From positions 56,110,001-56,174,000 of the forward strand of contig OZ360239.1 in assembly GCA_977017645.1 (NCBI GenBank): a DNA stretch of 64,000 bases. The letters are read 5' to 3'. The stretch is from Torpedo marmorata. Lineage: Eukaryota. Shown one piece after another: positions 26,171 to 38,790 of this stretch. The notes below the pieces were generated by a model that worked only from the letters and a program-made list of their open reading frames with translations, made no database searches and was not told the DNA's origin. The position numbers and the translations under genes are program-made. Each line of letters starts with the position of its first letter. The first letter of the stretch is position 1.

Positions 26171-27179
26171 GATAAAGCTGGACGCAATTCTAGCCTGTAC
26201 ACAGTGCCCAAGGGGTGTGTTGTTTCTTCTTTTAAGGTAGCAGGAGATGGTGGTACCATTTCCCAGCAATTGTTTGCTGTGAAAGTTCATGCAATTTGCA
26301 GTTAATAGACCTCAGTCATGCCAACCAATATTTGGTACAGATTAAGGATGAAAGCTTGGTTTGTAAAATACTTAAGGCTTGAGTCCATGTTCAGTAACTC
26401 TGAAAGTTGTGGTTATCTTTGCATTTCCTTGCAGCTACTGGTCCTCTGCCTATACATTTCGATATGTAGAAAAAATATATATTGCACATTGATATTTTTT
26501 TTTAGTTTTAAAATGTGCCTTTCCAACTTGGGTGAACCTTGCACCCAGATTCACTGAAACAAGAAATATGTCACATGTCAAATTTCCATCATTTGCATCT
26601 AATTATGATACATCTACACATACCTAGGCAAATCTTTTAATGCTGGCAACATTTCTAATGGAAGATACCAGAGGTAGCAAGGGGAAATAGGGAACTGACA
26701 GAACAGCACACAAAGACATTTCAGTAACTGGAATGGAAAATCTGGGTTATAGTTTCTGAAATGTGTGCCAAGTTTACTCCGATGTGAAAGCTTAGCAATA
26801 CTCATGTTTTCCAGGTGCTTCCTATGTCAAACCATTGTGACTCAAGTTTGTTCACTTTATGACACCCAGAACTGGCCTCAACTTGGTCCGTGTTTAGTCA
26901 AACTAGGGACTATTGGAAAATTGCATTAGTGCCACACAATGTGGGAGGTGACGACACTGATCCATGGTTCATTTGTCTGGTTGAATCTCATCTGGAGAAC
27001 AGTTTTGCAGAGGTTGCAGTGGCATTTAGGAATGGGCCACAGATCCCTTTGTGTGCATTGTAACTTTGCTGACAAGAACTAATATTATAGCCTTTCGGCA
27101 AATGCAAAGTGCTGTAACTGGCTCTCAGAAGAACTGGTCCAACTAAACCAGAAACATGAGGATTCACGAGTCAGGAAAG

Positions 27180-27560
27180 AATGAGTCTCTTTTATGAGAA
27201 AAAGAGGTTGAAGAGCAACCTACTTTTTAAAAATTTAATATCTTGAAAAAATTATAACCTTTGACAAGATGGATACAGAAGAAATATTTCCACATAAATT
27301 AGAAAACAATAATAACAGAGAATATAGAATGAACTTCTTTCTCCAAAGAGTGGTGACAATGTGAAATTTGCTATCACAGGGATTGATTGGTGAATAGTAT
27401 GGATACATTTAAAAATAAACTGGGCGAGCATGTGAGGAAAGATAGAATAGAGAGTGATGCTGATAGATTTAGATCAAGAAAAACAGGAAGAGGATCATGT
27501 AGAGCATAAACACTAGCATGAACAGGATTGTCAAATAACCTTTCTCTGTGCTGAATAAGA
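27180..27560 (+). mobile_element. Old CR1 3' fragment
   Basis: aacttctttctccaaagagtggtgacaatgtgaaatttgcta...gatacatttaa...agcataaacactagcatg. Confidence 0.55.
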
Positions 27561-28435
27561 TCTGATGGAAAATCTGTGTTTTCTGCCATTGAGAAATGGA
27601 AAGATGTGCAGGCTTGGTTTGGTGCCCTTTGATCTCATTGATCGACAACTATTGTACATTTAAAAGATGGCAGTTAAAATGCTTTTAGGAGCTAATAAAA
27701 ATAGTTTCCAAAAAATTATCCCAATAGTACATGTTGGAGGATTAAACTTTGTTCCCTGTATATTAGAGGAAGATTTAGCACAGTTGAGAGTGGCTTCTCA
27801 CCTTGCTACATAAAGTTAACTAATCCAATGCACAGTTTGACAACATTCGTAATAAACAACGTGGTTGGAATGCATCAAAGTTGCAGGGACAATCCCTTCC
27901 GCGCTGAAACGGATGCTGGCTGTTCCCAAGATTGTAATGTCTGGGCTCAATCGGCACCACTTTGCTGGATTCCCTGTTTGTAATTTCCATAGCAACGTGT
28001 AACTTTAATTGGAGCTTCAGCTTCAGATTTCAGCCTGGACAGAATGTCCAAAAGCAATAGTGCACATCAATGCAGTGTTACCTGCGTATAGGCAAACAAT
28101 AACATTTTCTGTCAACATAGGGTGACAGGGAAAATATATGGGCTGCCTTATCAAAATTGATCATTGTTCCTTGATGTAGGCATGGCATCAGAAACAGAGA
28201 ATGCTGGGCATTTTGCCCATTGCTGATCTTCATGAATGCACAGCACAGCCATTGTTCTGTTTCACTGGATCACATTGCCATGACACAGTACTTCTGTGTT
28301 GGCCATGAAATGGGACACAAAGCGTGCTGGTCCAAAGTTCCTTCCAACTTCATCTTATTCATATAATGTGCTTGCTGCCATTGACATTTTCATACGATTT
28401 ATCTCATAGTCCTTTTTCAAATCTGGGTACAGAAG

Positions 28436-28955
28436 AATCAGAATCAGGTTTATTGTCATGAACATGTGTCACAAAATTTGTTGTTTTGCAGCAGCAGTAT
28501 TGTGCATTACAGGTGCAAAATTGCTATAAGTTACAGTTCTGTAAATACAATATTTAAAAATAAATAATTAGTGCAAAAAAGAGAAAAGAGTGAGGTAGTG
28601 TCTATAGGTTAATTATCCATTCAGAAATCTGATGGCAGAGGGGAAGAAGCTGTTTTTGTAATGTTGGGTGTGTGTCTTCAGGCTCCTGTACCTCCTTCCT
28701 GATGGTAGCAGTGGGAAGAGGACATGGCCTGGGTGCTGAGGGTACTTGATGATAGAGGCTGTTTTCTTGAGACACCACCTCTTAAAGATGTCCTTAATGG
28801 AGTGAAGACTAATGCCCATGATGGCGCTGGCCGTTTACAACCCTCTGCAGCTTTTTCCTGTCCTGTGCATTGGCACCTGCACACCAGACAGTGATGCTCT
28901 CTATGATACACATTTAGAAATTTGCAAGTCTTTGGTGACATACCAAATCACCTGA
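28436..28955 (-). mobile_element. Rex1-type LINE 3' fragment (older, (attctg)n tail)
   Basis: LLPSGRRYRSLKT...SFFPSAIRFLN on minus; tail gaatcagaatcagg. Confidence 0.85.
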
Positions 28956-29117
28956 GAAAGCTAGTGCTTGCTGAGGTCAGAATGTCAACAGTGCTCATTT
29001 TAACGACGACAACCATTGACATTGTATATGGCATCAAGGATAGGAAAGCGGGAGTGAGTTTAGGGATTGAGGATGTTGAATTCCTTTTTTTATATATTAC
29101 ATATTCTATTTCAGTCT

Positions 29118-29342
29118 ACACGGTTAGTGTCATGGTTCGTACAATGCTATTACAGCGCCAGCAACCCAGGTTTGAATCCGGTGCTGTCTGTAGGAGTTTG
29201 TATGTTCTCCCTGTGTCTGTGTGGGTTCTTCCCGGTTCTCTGGTTTCCTCCCACATTCCAAAGATGTAGAGTTAGTAGGTTAATTGGTGTATTTGGGTGG
29301 CATGGGCTCATGGACCTGTTACCATGCTGTATCTCTAAATTA
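29118..29342 (+). mobile_element. V-SINE (HE1-like), degenerate
   Basis: tRNA-like head, ggtttgaatcc B box, V-domain ggagtttgtatgttctccctgtgtctgtgtggg. Confidence 0.82.
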
Positions 29343-29506
29343 ACAAAAAAAAAGAAAATTAAATTACTTTACAGATGACCTACATGGCAGGATTAATTGC
29401 AAGCAGTGAACACATTTATTTATTTTTTGTCCTTGTATCTCTCCTTCTTTCATGCATGGTAATGTTCTGATCACATCACTTGTATAACATTTGTGACAGC
29501 TATTGA

Positions 29507-29760
29507 GGCGGCATGGTTAGCGTAGCGGTTAGCACAACGCTGTTACAACGCCAGCGATCGGGACCGGGTTCGAATCCCGCACTGTCTGCAAGGAGTTTGT
29601 ACGTTCTCACCGTGTCTGCGTGGGTTTCCTCCGGGGGCTCCGGTTTTCTCCCACCGTTCGAAATGTACCGGGGGTTGGAGGTCAATTGGGTGAAATTGGG
29701 CGGCATGGGCTCGTGGGCCGAAATGGCTTGTAACCATGCTGTATGACTAAATTTAAATTT
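29507..29760 (+). mobile_element. V-SINE (HE1-like), full length
   Basis: A box tagcgtagcgg, B box ggttcgaatcc, V-domain ggagtttgtacgttctcaccgtgtctgcgtgggtttcctccgg, tail (taaatt)n. Confidence 0.9.
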
Positions 29761-31185
29761 AAAAAGTATTGAAGTATAGATTTTATCAGAACGTAAGAAC
29801 TGCAAGTGGGTGTAGGCCTTTTGGCCCCTCATGACTGCTACACCATTCAACAATATCATGGCAGAACATTTACCTCAGTGACTCTTTGCTGCACTAATCC
29901 CACATTGTTTGATTTCCTTAATATCTAACAATCTTTCAGGCTCGGTCATCAGCTGAACACTCAATGTAGAATTCAGAAAAGGAGAACTCGGCACTTTAAA
30001 TTTTCCCCCATAATCTCACCACAGCCTCAAATTACTGGAGTAATGAGCCGAAGGGCAGATTGACCAAGGATCGATGGAGGATACTGGGGAAAGGGGACAG
30101 TGAAATAGAAGAAAGTGACAACAAGGAGATGTCAAGGTGGAGGTGCTGCTGCAGCTGTTATAACTGCAGCACTGCTGCTGCTGCGGGCCTGGGAGGAGTA
30201 GGGAAGCAGAGATGCATCTTTCGGTGCTCCTCCACAGGGTCCTAGTACCCAGCTGTCCCACCTGACACACTCGTGTGGGCTTAAATTGGCTGTGGAATGA
30301 GCCCAGTGACATTTCTTTTTACAGTGAAGACCCATGGAAGTCCATGCCCAAGATGGCAATACCCATGCTCAGCATCCCAGACCTCGGGGGTTGCAGGCTC
30401 TGGGGGTGGACCAGGCTGGCGCAGAGCACCAGTGTTGGAGAACACTCTCCCCACAACCATGAAGGAGAAGTCTGGAAGAGGACCCTACACGGTAAGAGAC
30501 CATATCAGTGAACCAGTGTGGAGCTTGGTGGCTGAAGGACACATTCCAAGGCATGGGAAGCTGAAGACCTGCTTGTGGGAACTAGGTATCAGGATGTCAT
30601 TACAGAAGCAGGTTGAAGGCTGGGTATCTTGCAATGTGTGATTCTCAAGAAGCTTGGTTGGCCTATTTGGGGGTGAGGTCCAACAATTCTGGTGAGTCTT
30701 GAGCAACAGAATCTAAAGGCACGATTTTGAGTAATGCACGGTGGGCTTAAAGTGAAAGATTATATTCACTACTACCAAATAAGAAACCAGTAGTACGAAA
30801 ACAAGGATTATCCCAGGAATAATTAAAGGAGAAGGAATGTTGTTGAACCAAGGGACCATTAAATCCCCTGCCTGTGAGTATGTAGGCCAGGATTAAAACA
30901 TCAGTAAAAAGGATTGGAATAGATACATGAAGTGCAGGAATATGTAATAATCTGGAGGAAAAAGAGTGCTGTATGTAGAATGTTCTCATTCTGAAAACTC
31001 ATCTTTATTGACTGGAGTTTGTGCTGATCTCATCTTCCAGTTCAGTCCGTGAATCCCTTCTCCACTGTCAGCTTGCTCCTCCTCCTGTCTCTCCTTTTTT
31101 CCACCCCTTCCCTTCTCCACCTTGGTCTGATTCTTCCCAGATGAGCTCAGGTATTCAACTATGAGAGGCTGACTCTTTGTACATA

Positions 31186-31752
31186 AAGTTCAAATTTCAG
31201 ATTTATTGTCAGAGAACGTACATGACCTCACATACAACCCTGAGATTCATTTTTCCTGTGGGCCAGGCAGTATTTCTACTTATCTGTAGTGCAAAAAAAC
31301 TGTACTCAAAAAAAAAAAAAGATGCGTATACAAAGAAAGAAATGTAAACAAACTGACTGTGCAATGCAGAAAAAAAAATTTCAGTAATAAATAATGTGCA
31401 AAGTAAAAGTCTCTAATTGAGTTTGTTGTTTAGGAGTCGGGTGGTGGAAGGGTACCAACTGTTCCTGAACCTGGTGTTATGAGTCTTGTGGCACCCATAC
31501 CTCTTTCCTGATGGCAGCAGCGAGAACAGAGCATGTCCTGGGTGGTGGATCCTTGATGATTGCTGCTGCTTACCAACGGCAGCGTTCCCTGTAGATGTTC
31601 TCGATAGTGGGGAGAGTTTTGCCTGTGATGTCCTGGGCTGTGTCCACTACCTTTTGCAGGGCTTTTCACTCAGGGGTATTGGCACCCCCATACTAGGGCG
31701 TGATGCAGCCGGTCAGCACACTTTCCACTGCACATCTGTATAAGTTTGCCAC
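31186..31752 (-). mobile_element. Rex1-type LINE subfamily D 3' fragment
   Basis: Tail ttcaaatttcagatttattgtca; 3' UTR shared with 32083-32421 and 45014-45503. Confidence 0.85.
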
Positions 31753-32082
31753 AACATAATCTCTGTGCATTTCATTTAGTCATAGGGTTATACTGCACGA
31801 ACAGGGCATTCAGCCCAACTTGCCCATGCTAACCAAGTTGGCACTCTGGGCTGTCCCATTTGGTCCAGGTCCTTCTCAGCCCTTCTTATCCATCTGATGA
31901 GATGGAATACAACTAACCAAACGGTCAGCCCTTGGTATAAAATTTATGGCAATGAAAAGACTCAGTTTACCTTTTAAATTCTTTTAAACGAGTGTGGATT
32001 ATTTCTAAGCATCACTGTTTACTTTAACCAGTCAAAATCCTGCACAGGTGGAGCATGAGACACAGAGGTTTCAAAAGGAAAT

Positions 32083-32421
32083 TCCAGATTTATTGTCAGA
32101 GTACATACATTTCATCACATACAACCCTGAGATTCCTTTTTCCTGTGGGCGCGGCAGAATTACCATTAATTGGTAGTGCAAAAATAAACTGTACACAGCG
32201 TAAACATGTAAACAAATAAAAGAACTGTAAACAGATAACAAATGTAAACAAACTGACTGTGCAATACAGAGAGAACAAAAAGAAAATCAATAAAGTGCAC
32301 AAGTAAGAGTCCTTAAATGAGTTCCTGATTGAGTTTGTTGTTGAGGGGTCTGATGGTGGAGGGGTAGCAGCTGTTCCTGAACCTGGTGGTGCGAGTCTTG
32401 TGGCACCTATACCTCTTCCCT
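32083..32421 (-). mobile_element. Rex1-type LINE subfamily D 3' fragment
   Basis: cagatttattgtcagagtacatacat...caaccctgagattc, same 3' UTR as the 31.2 kb and 45.0 kb copies. Confidence 0.85.
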
Positions 32422-32505
32422 GTTATTCTACTTGATGGAGGGATATGGATCATGTGCATGCAGATATAGACATAGAACACTTATTTCAGAATTTGCACAG
32501 ACATA

Positions 32506-33089
32506 TCGTATATACTCGTGTAATAGTCGATCCCATGTAATAGTTGACCCCCCCACCTTTTTTTGGCCCAAAAAATCACGCATTTTCCATATGACCCGTG
32601 TAAAAGTCGACCCCCACCCCCCTATTTTTGGCCCTGACTACCTGCCCATTCGAGCTCCCGACCTCCCCGACCATGGATCCTCGTCCCGACCGCCTGCCCA
32701 CCGGAGCTCTTGACACCCCGACCGCAAACCCTCGCCTCGGCTGCATGCCCATCCGAGCTCCCGACGCCCCGACCGCGGACCCTCGCCCGGCTGCCCAAAC
32801 ACCAGAGCTGCCAACGCCCTGAACACGGACTTACCACCCAGTCCCGGCCATCCGAGCTCCCGACGCTTTGCATGATGTAGGTATTTACCGCTGTCAAAAG
32901 TAGTACCCCCCCCCAAATTTGACCTAAAAAATTGGTCCTCAAAACTCGACTTACACACGGTACTTTTGGATTCTTGTGTAAATTTTAGCTCCTTTAAAGT
33001 ATGACCCATGTAAAAGTTGACACCCCCCACCCCAAACTTGACCCGAAAAATTGGTCCAAAAAACTCGACTATTACATGAGTATATACGG
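32506..33089. mobile_element. pogo-type MITE with internal GC-rich ~40-bp repeats, inserted in a CR1 3' tail
   Basis: TIR tcgtatatactcgtgtaatagtcga / tcgactattacatgagtatatacgg with TA flanks; repeats cccatccgagctcccgac... at 32640-32870. Confidence 0.88.
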
Positions 33090-33575
33090 TAGACATTATG
33101 GGTGAAGGCTCTGTTCCTGTGTTGCACTGTTTCATGTTCTGTAAGCACTGATTAAAGAAAGCATGGTTCATCATCTGTAGAGATCAGATAGAGATAGGGA
33201 CACTACACTTATAAACAACTTGCCAAGTCAAAAACAATGTTAAATAATTCTGACATAACATGCTTAAAAATTGTTAATCCTGATTGATCAAGGCTGTAGT
33301 TATTTGATTGTCTTTAGTGTGAGCAGTGGGTAATTATCCTGGGTACACCATTGCAGTGATTTGTGCTGCAAAAAAATGATTGCTGCACTGTCTGCTGAAT
33401 AATTTGTTGAACTAGACCTTGACCTCTATACACAAATGTAAGAGTATCTCAAAAATCTTGTAGTGAACTCATTCACTGACAAAGACTGGAGACCTTGGGC
33501 TGGGCTGTCTCTATGCAACTTCTAACTACTTTAAACTAATGTTTATATCACATCCCTGTACTAAAACACAGTAAA

Positions 33576-33735
33576 GAGTGAAACACTAAAGCCTGCAGAC
33601 GCTGTGATCGTAGTAAAGACACACCGAAATGCTGGAGGAAGTCAGCCGGTCTTTTCAGCGTCCATAAAATATATCTTTGCTTTTTATGTACGCTGAAAAG
33701 ACCGACTGAGTTCCTCCAGCATTTCAGTGTGTTTT
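33576..33735. mobile_element. Fold-back Penelope (family A) mini-insertion
   Basis: pLTR terminus gtgaaacac..., inverted arms; 14-bp TSD taaaacacagtaaa (33562-33575, 33736-33749). Confidence 0.85.
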
Positions 33736-33906
33736 TAAAACACAGTAAAAATCCACCTTGAGATAGGAGCAATTGTGACTAAGTTAACCTAACCTATCAG
33801 CAGAAAGGTGCCATGCTTAGAAGGTGATGGTGGGCCATGGTGGTATTATTCCCACCATTATATTCAGAAGGAAATTCCAGAATATTGATAAGGTGATTGT
33901 CAAGGA

Positions 33907-34514
33907 AAGATTCAAGATTCCTTTATTGTCATATAATAAAGACAGTTCAATATTACACCAAATTTGCTTTTGTCTGCCACAAGGCAGACAGATTCACCAT
34001 CGGCAGAAATTGTCTGAAGCGCCTCTTACAGTCAGAGAAAGATAAGCAAAAGAGGGTCCCCCCCCAGAGTCACCGAGTGTCCGTGGATTCGCCTCCAGCG
34101 CTCCCGAAGCCTCTGCAGCCACACAGACTCCAGACCAAACCATCAGCAGCCTGAGCTCTAGATCCGAACCTCCGACATGATCAGGAAACCATCAGTGCCC
34201 TCGGAACCCTCTCGCATCGCGGTTGCAATACCTGATATTCCTTCAGTCAGTCTCGAGCCAGTCTCCAGCTGTCCGCCACCTGGTGTGAATCCCTCGACCG
34301 CAGTCACCAGTAGCCCACAGCCTGTGTGGGTTCCTCGTCTTGGGTCGCCAACAGCCCACCGCTTGTGTGTTCTTCAGCCGCAGAACCCCTCACTGGTCGG
34401 CCGTCGTGGTCACCGTCCCGTAGATTGTTCCCTCTGATTCTCTTTCTTAAACGGGGGGTGTTCTCCCTGTTTTCTGGTGCTCTGCACCAGTCCTCTGCTT
34501 CCCCGGAGTTTGCA
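33907..34514 (-). mobile_element. 5'-truncated copy of the GC-rich Rex1-tailed non-autonomous element
   Basis: Diverged reverse complement of ~15585-16169; tail aagattcaagattc. Confidence 0.82.
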
Positions 34515-34935
34515 ATACATTTCCATGTCTGAATTCTGTGTGGCTTGAAAGGAAACCAGATATTATGGTGATGCTGCAACATTGCTGTTTTATTTCAATT
34601 TCCCACCATGAGAAGTCATGCAAGAAAGAAGCCTGTCAAAGTTATTTTAGAAATGCGTGCCAGTGCACCTTTAAGAGCATGGATAATAAAGAAGCAACTG
34701 CTCTGTTCTTAATGGTGTTTAGATTTTTACATTGGATTCAACTTGAAGAATGGTGGAAATGTAAAGATTCTTCTGCATTGAGTCTTGCTTTGAAAGTATC
34801 AGTGTTAGATTGAAGATTAATAATTGACCCAGTATTAAGTAATATCCAGTGTCCAGGATTTTTTTAAACTTTGCTTCTGAAAGAAAAACATACAATTATA
34901 AAAATATCCAACAAGTCAGCCAGTATCCATGGAGA

Positions 34936-35165
34936 GTGAAACACGGAAGTCTGCAGACGTTGTGATTGTAGTAAAACACACACAGAAATGCTGGAGGAAC
35001 TCAGCCGGTGTTGCTATGTCCATAGGAGGTAAAGATATATTACAGATGTTTCGGGCCTGAGCCCTTCTTCAAAGTATGGTACCTTGAAGAAGGGCTCAGG
35101 CCCGAAACGTCAGTAATATATATCTTTACCCGCTATGGACACTGCGACACCAGCTGAGTTCCTCG
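34936..35165. mobile_element. Fold-back Penelope (family A-like) mini-insertion with two opposed hammerhead cores
   Basis: 14-bp TSD agtatccatggaga (34922-34935, 35166-35179); ~85-bp inverted arms centred near 35078. Confidence 0.9.
35079..35117 (+). ncRNA. Minimal type I hammerhead ribozyme motif (PLE-associated, C3U variant)
   Basis: cc-TTGAAGA-a-GGGC-tcag-GCCC-GAAAC-GTC: core boxes, 4-bp stem II, palindromic ACGT stem III. Confidence 0.7.
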
Positions 35166-35260
35166 AGTATCCATGGAGAAACAATTTAAATTTTGCTTAT
35201 GACACAGGAACCAATTTGGGCTATCAACTTCATGTCAGCTCTCAGGGAAATCCAATATTC

Positions 35261-38200
35261 AAAATGGCGCCTTACATCGGCGACTCTTTGCGAGCAGCTC
35301 TGAAGGGAATAATCAAATATTCCCGTTCAGAACTTCTAAAAATCAAACAAAAGACGAGAAACATAAAATCAAACTTACCCAACAACATGGATGTACTAAG
35401 ATCGCTGGCAGACCTTAGAATCGGCAGTCTCAGTCGGGCCGCGGGAACTTTAAACAGCTCGCGCAAGTACAACAACAACACCGCGGGAATTTTAAACAGA
35501 CAGAGAACAGGCCATTTAAACTTTGCGGGAGTCGCAGACAGCAGGCACTCAGCAAACTTAAACATCGTGGAGGATTTAAAGAGACAGTTCCCACGGTGTT
35601 TAAATGGACCGTGCGCTATCAGCAGCGGACTCACGGGCCAGGTAAAGAAGACCCGACAACGTGGACGCAGAGGGGGGGGGGCTACAGGTCAAGATGAGAT
35701 ACCGGGACCTGAGGCTTCCGCTCCCTACCATCCTGGCCAACGTACAATCCTTGGAGAACAAACCTGATGAACTCCAAGCCAGACTTCAACATCAGAGAAT
35801 CATCAGGGAGTGCTGCGTGATGTGCTTTACAGAAACATGGCTAAACGTGGACATTCCAGACACAGCGCTGCAGCCCAAGGGCTACATCCTCCATCGCGCT
35901 GACCGAACACCGGCGTCTGGAAAAACCAGGGGAGGCGGCGTTTGTGTCATCATCAACTCATCGTGGTGCACAGACGTGACGGTCATGTCCCAGTCCTGCT
36001 CCCCCGACCTGGAACATCTGGCGATCAAGTGTCGCCCATTCTACCTGCCGAGGGAGTTCACCGCCATCATCCTGGTCGCAGTGTACATTCCACCCCAGGC
36101 TAACGTCAGGCTGGCACTGGAGGGACTGAGCACTGTGATAAACAGTCATGAGACAGCACATCTTGATGCCTTCCCGATCATCGTGGGAGACTTCAATCAG
36201 GCCAACCTGAAGGAGTCTCTGACAAACTACCACCATGCGAGACCAGGGGAACCAACACACTCGACTACTGCTGCACCACCATGAAGAACGCATACTGAGC
36301 CATACCACAACCGCACTTCGGCAAGTCTGATCACCTGGCTGTACTACTCCCGGCGTACAAGCAGAGACTGAAGACCACAGCACCAGTGGTGAAGACGGCG
36401 AAGGTATGGTCGAGGAAGGCGGAGGAGCGTCTGCAGGACTGCTTTGAATCGGTGGACTGGAACATATTCAAGAACTCATGCATAGACCTGAATGAATATG
36501 CAACAGGTGTCACCGACTTCATCAAGACCTGCGTGGATGAGTGTATGCCCACGCGCAAATACCGGGTGTTTCACAACCAGAAGCCCTGGATGAATCAGAG
36601 AGTTCGCAACCTGCTGAGGGCGAGAACAAGGGCGTTTAAGACCGGGGATCGGGATCTTTACAAGAAGTCCAGGCACGACCTGCAGAAGGCCATCTCTGAA
36701 GCAAAGTGGCAATTCTGGAGGAAGCTAGAGACAGAGACAGATACACGCCAGCTATGGCAGGGAGTGCAGGCCATTACAGCCTACAAAGCGAGGGCGAACA
36801 CTATAGACGGCTGTGATGCTTCACAACCCGATGAGCTGAACACCTTCTATGCCTGCTTTGAGAAGAGGAACCAAACAGTGCCTACTAGAATCCCTGAAAG
36901 GGCTGAGGACCCTGTGATATCTGTCTCTGAGGGTGACGTCAGAACATCATTCAAGAGGGTGAACCCTCGCAAGGCGTCAGGCCCTGACAGCGTACCTGGC
37001 AGGGTACTGAAAATCTGCGCCAACCAACTAGCCGGAGTGTTCACGGACATTTTCAACCTCTCATTGCGGCAGACAGAGGTTCCCACCTTCTTCAAAAGGG
37101 CATCAATCATCCCGGTACCCAAGAAAAGTACTGTGAGCTGCCTCAACTAACTTCTACTGTGATGAAATGCTTTGAGAGGCTGGTCATGGCCAGAATTAAC
37201 ACGTGCCTAAGCAAAGATCTGGACCCACTGCAATTCGCCTATTGTCACAATCGCTCCACAGCAGATGAAATATCGCTGGCTCTCCACTCAGCTCTGGATC
37301 ACCTCGAAAACAGCAATTCATACATACGGCTGCTCTTCATTGACTACAGCTCGGCCTTCAATACCATTATTCCCTCAGTGCTGGTCAAGAAGCTACAAAC
37401 TCTAGGCCTCTGTACCCCACTCTGCAACTGGATCCTTGACTTTCTCATCAGAAGACCACAGTCAGTACGAATTGGAAACGACGTCTCCTCCTCACTGATC
37501 ATCAACACAGGCGCACCCCAAGGATGCGTGCTTAGCCCACTACTCTACTCGTTATACACCCATGACTGTGTGACCAGGCACAATTCCAATGCCATCTACA
37601 AGTTTGCCGATGACACCACAGTTGTCAGCAGAATCACAAACGGCAATGAGGAAGTGTACAGGAGGGAGATAGATCAGCTCGTTGAATGGTGTAAAGACAA
37701 CAACCTTGCGCTCAATGTCAGCAAAACCAAGGAGATGATTTTGGACTTCAAGAGGAAGTCAGGGGAACACGTTCCAGTCCTCATCGAGGGCTCAGTAGTG
37801 GAGAGGGTCAAGAACTTCAAATTCTTGGCTGTCAACATCTTCGAGGATCTGTCCTGGAACCTCCACGTTGATGCAATCACAAAGAAGGCTCACCAGCGGC
37901 TATCCTTTGTGAGGTGTCTGAGGAGATTCGGTATGTCACCGAAGACTCTCGTAAACTTCTACAGGTGTACCGTGGAGTGCATTCTGGCTGGTTGCATCAC
38001 TGCCTGGTATGGAGATGCCAACTCTCAGGACAAGAATAAAATCCAGAGGGTTGTTAACTTGGCCTGTGACATCACAGGCACCAAACTTCACTCCATCGAG
38101 GACATCTACATGAGGCGGTGTCTTAAAAAAGCAGCCTCTATCCTCAAAGACCCCCACCACCCAGGCCATGCCCTCTTCACTCTGCTACCATCGGGAAAAA

Positions 38201-38440
38201 GGTACAGGAGCCTAAAGACGAGCACTCAACAGCACAAGGACAGCTTCTTCCCCGCTGCCATCAGATTCCTGAATAATCAATGAACCAAAGACACTGCCTT
38301 ACTTTTCGTGCACTATTATTTATAATTTTTTATAGTAATATCGTAAGATGGTTATAATATGAATGTTAATTTCACTATGGTGCTGCAGCAAAACACCGAA
38401 TTTCATGACTTGTTCATGACAATAAATTCTGATTCTGATT
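35261..38440 (+). mobile_element. Rex1/Babar-type LINE subfamily A, apparently full length (~3.2 kb), inactivated
   Basis: Starts aaaatggcgcc; N-term YSRSELLKIK...RQRGRRGG; APE (ILANVQSLENK, CFTETWL, VYIPP, GDFNQ); RT ([13 protein letters not shown]); (attctg)n tail; frameshifts near 35675, 36235, 36345 and a deletion at ~37148. Confidence 0.95.
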
Positions 38441-38451
38441 ACTCTTTTATA

Positions 38452-38570
38452 TTGAGGTGAACAACCCCTCATATTCCACCGGGGCACCCTCCAACCAGAT
38501 GGCATTAACATCGACTTCTCCAGTTTGCGTTAGCACCCCGCCCCCCACCCCCCCCCCCCCAACCCACCCA
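38452..38570 (+). mobile_element. Penelope GIY-YIG C-terminal fragment
   Basis: gaacaacccctcatattc...ggcaccctccaaccagatggcattaacatcgacttctc = EQ.LIF..GTLQPDGINIDFS. Confidence 0.75.
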
Positions 38571-38583
38571 TCTACCCCTATGT

Positions 38584-38790
38584 AAAAGATGAAAATCTGT
38601 AGACACCGTGGTTGAAGTAAAAAACACAAATGCTGAAGAAACTCAGCAGGTCAAACAGTGTCTTTTATGTAGCAAAGGTAGAAATACATAACCGACGTTT
38701 CGGCCCGAAACGTCGGTTATGTATTTCTACCTTTGCTACATAAAATACAATGTTTGACCTGCTGAGTTTCTTCAGCATTTGTGTTTTTTA
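38584..38790. mobile_element. Fold-back Penelope (family B) mini-insertion, near-perfect palindrome
   Basis: 15-bp TSD catctacccctatgt (38569-38583, 38791-38805); ~86-bp arms centred on gacgtttcgg-c-ccgaaacgtc at ~38704. Confidence 0.92.

Noticed and set aside
29507-29585. tRNA gene
   Set aside because: A/B boxes present but it continues into a V-domain and LINE-like tail, so it is a SINE head
30010-30700. GC-rich segment with ctg repeats as a coding exon or Harbinger transposase relic
   Set aside because: No convincing protein motif or splice-site pair; any resemblance is too weak to call
32622-33174. 106-178 aa ORFs
   Set aside because: Arise from GC-rich tandem repeats inside a TIR-bounded MITE
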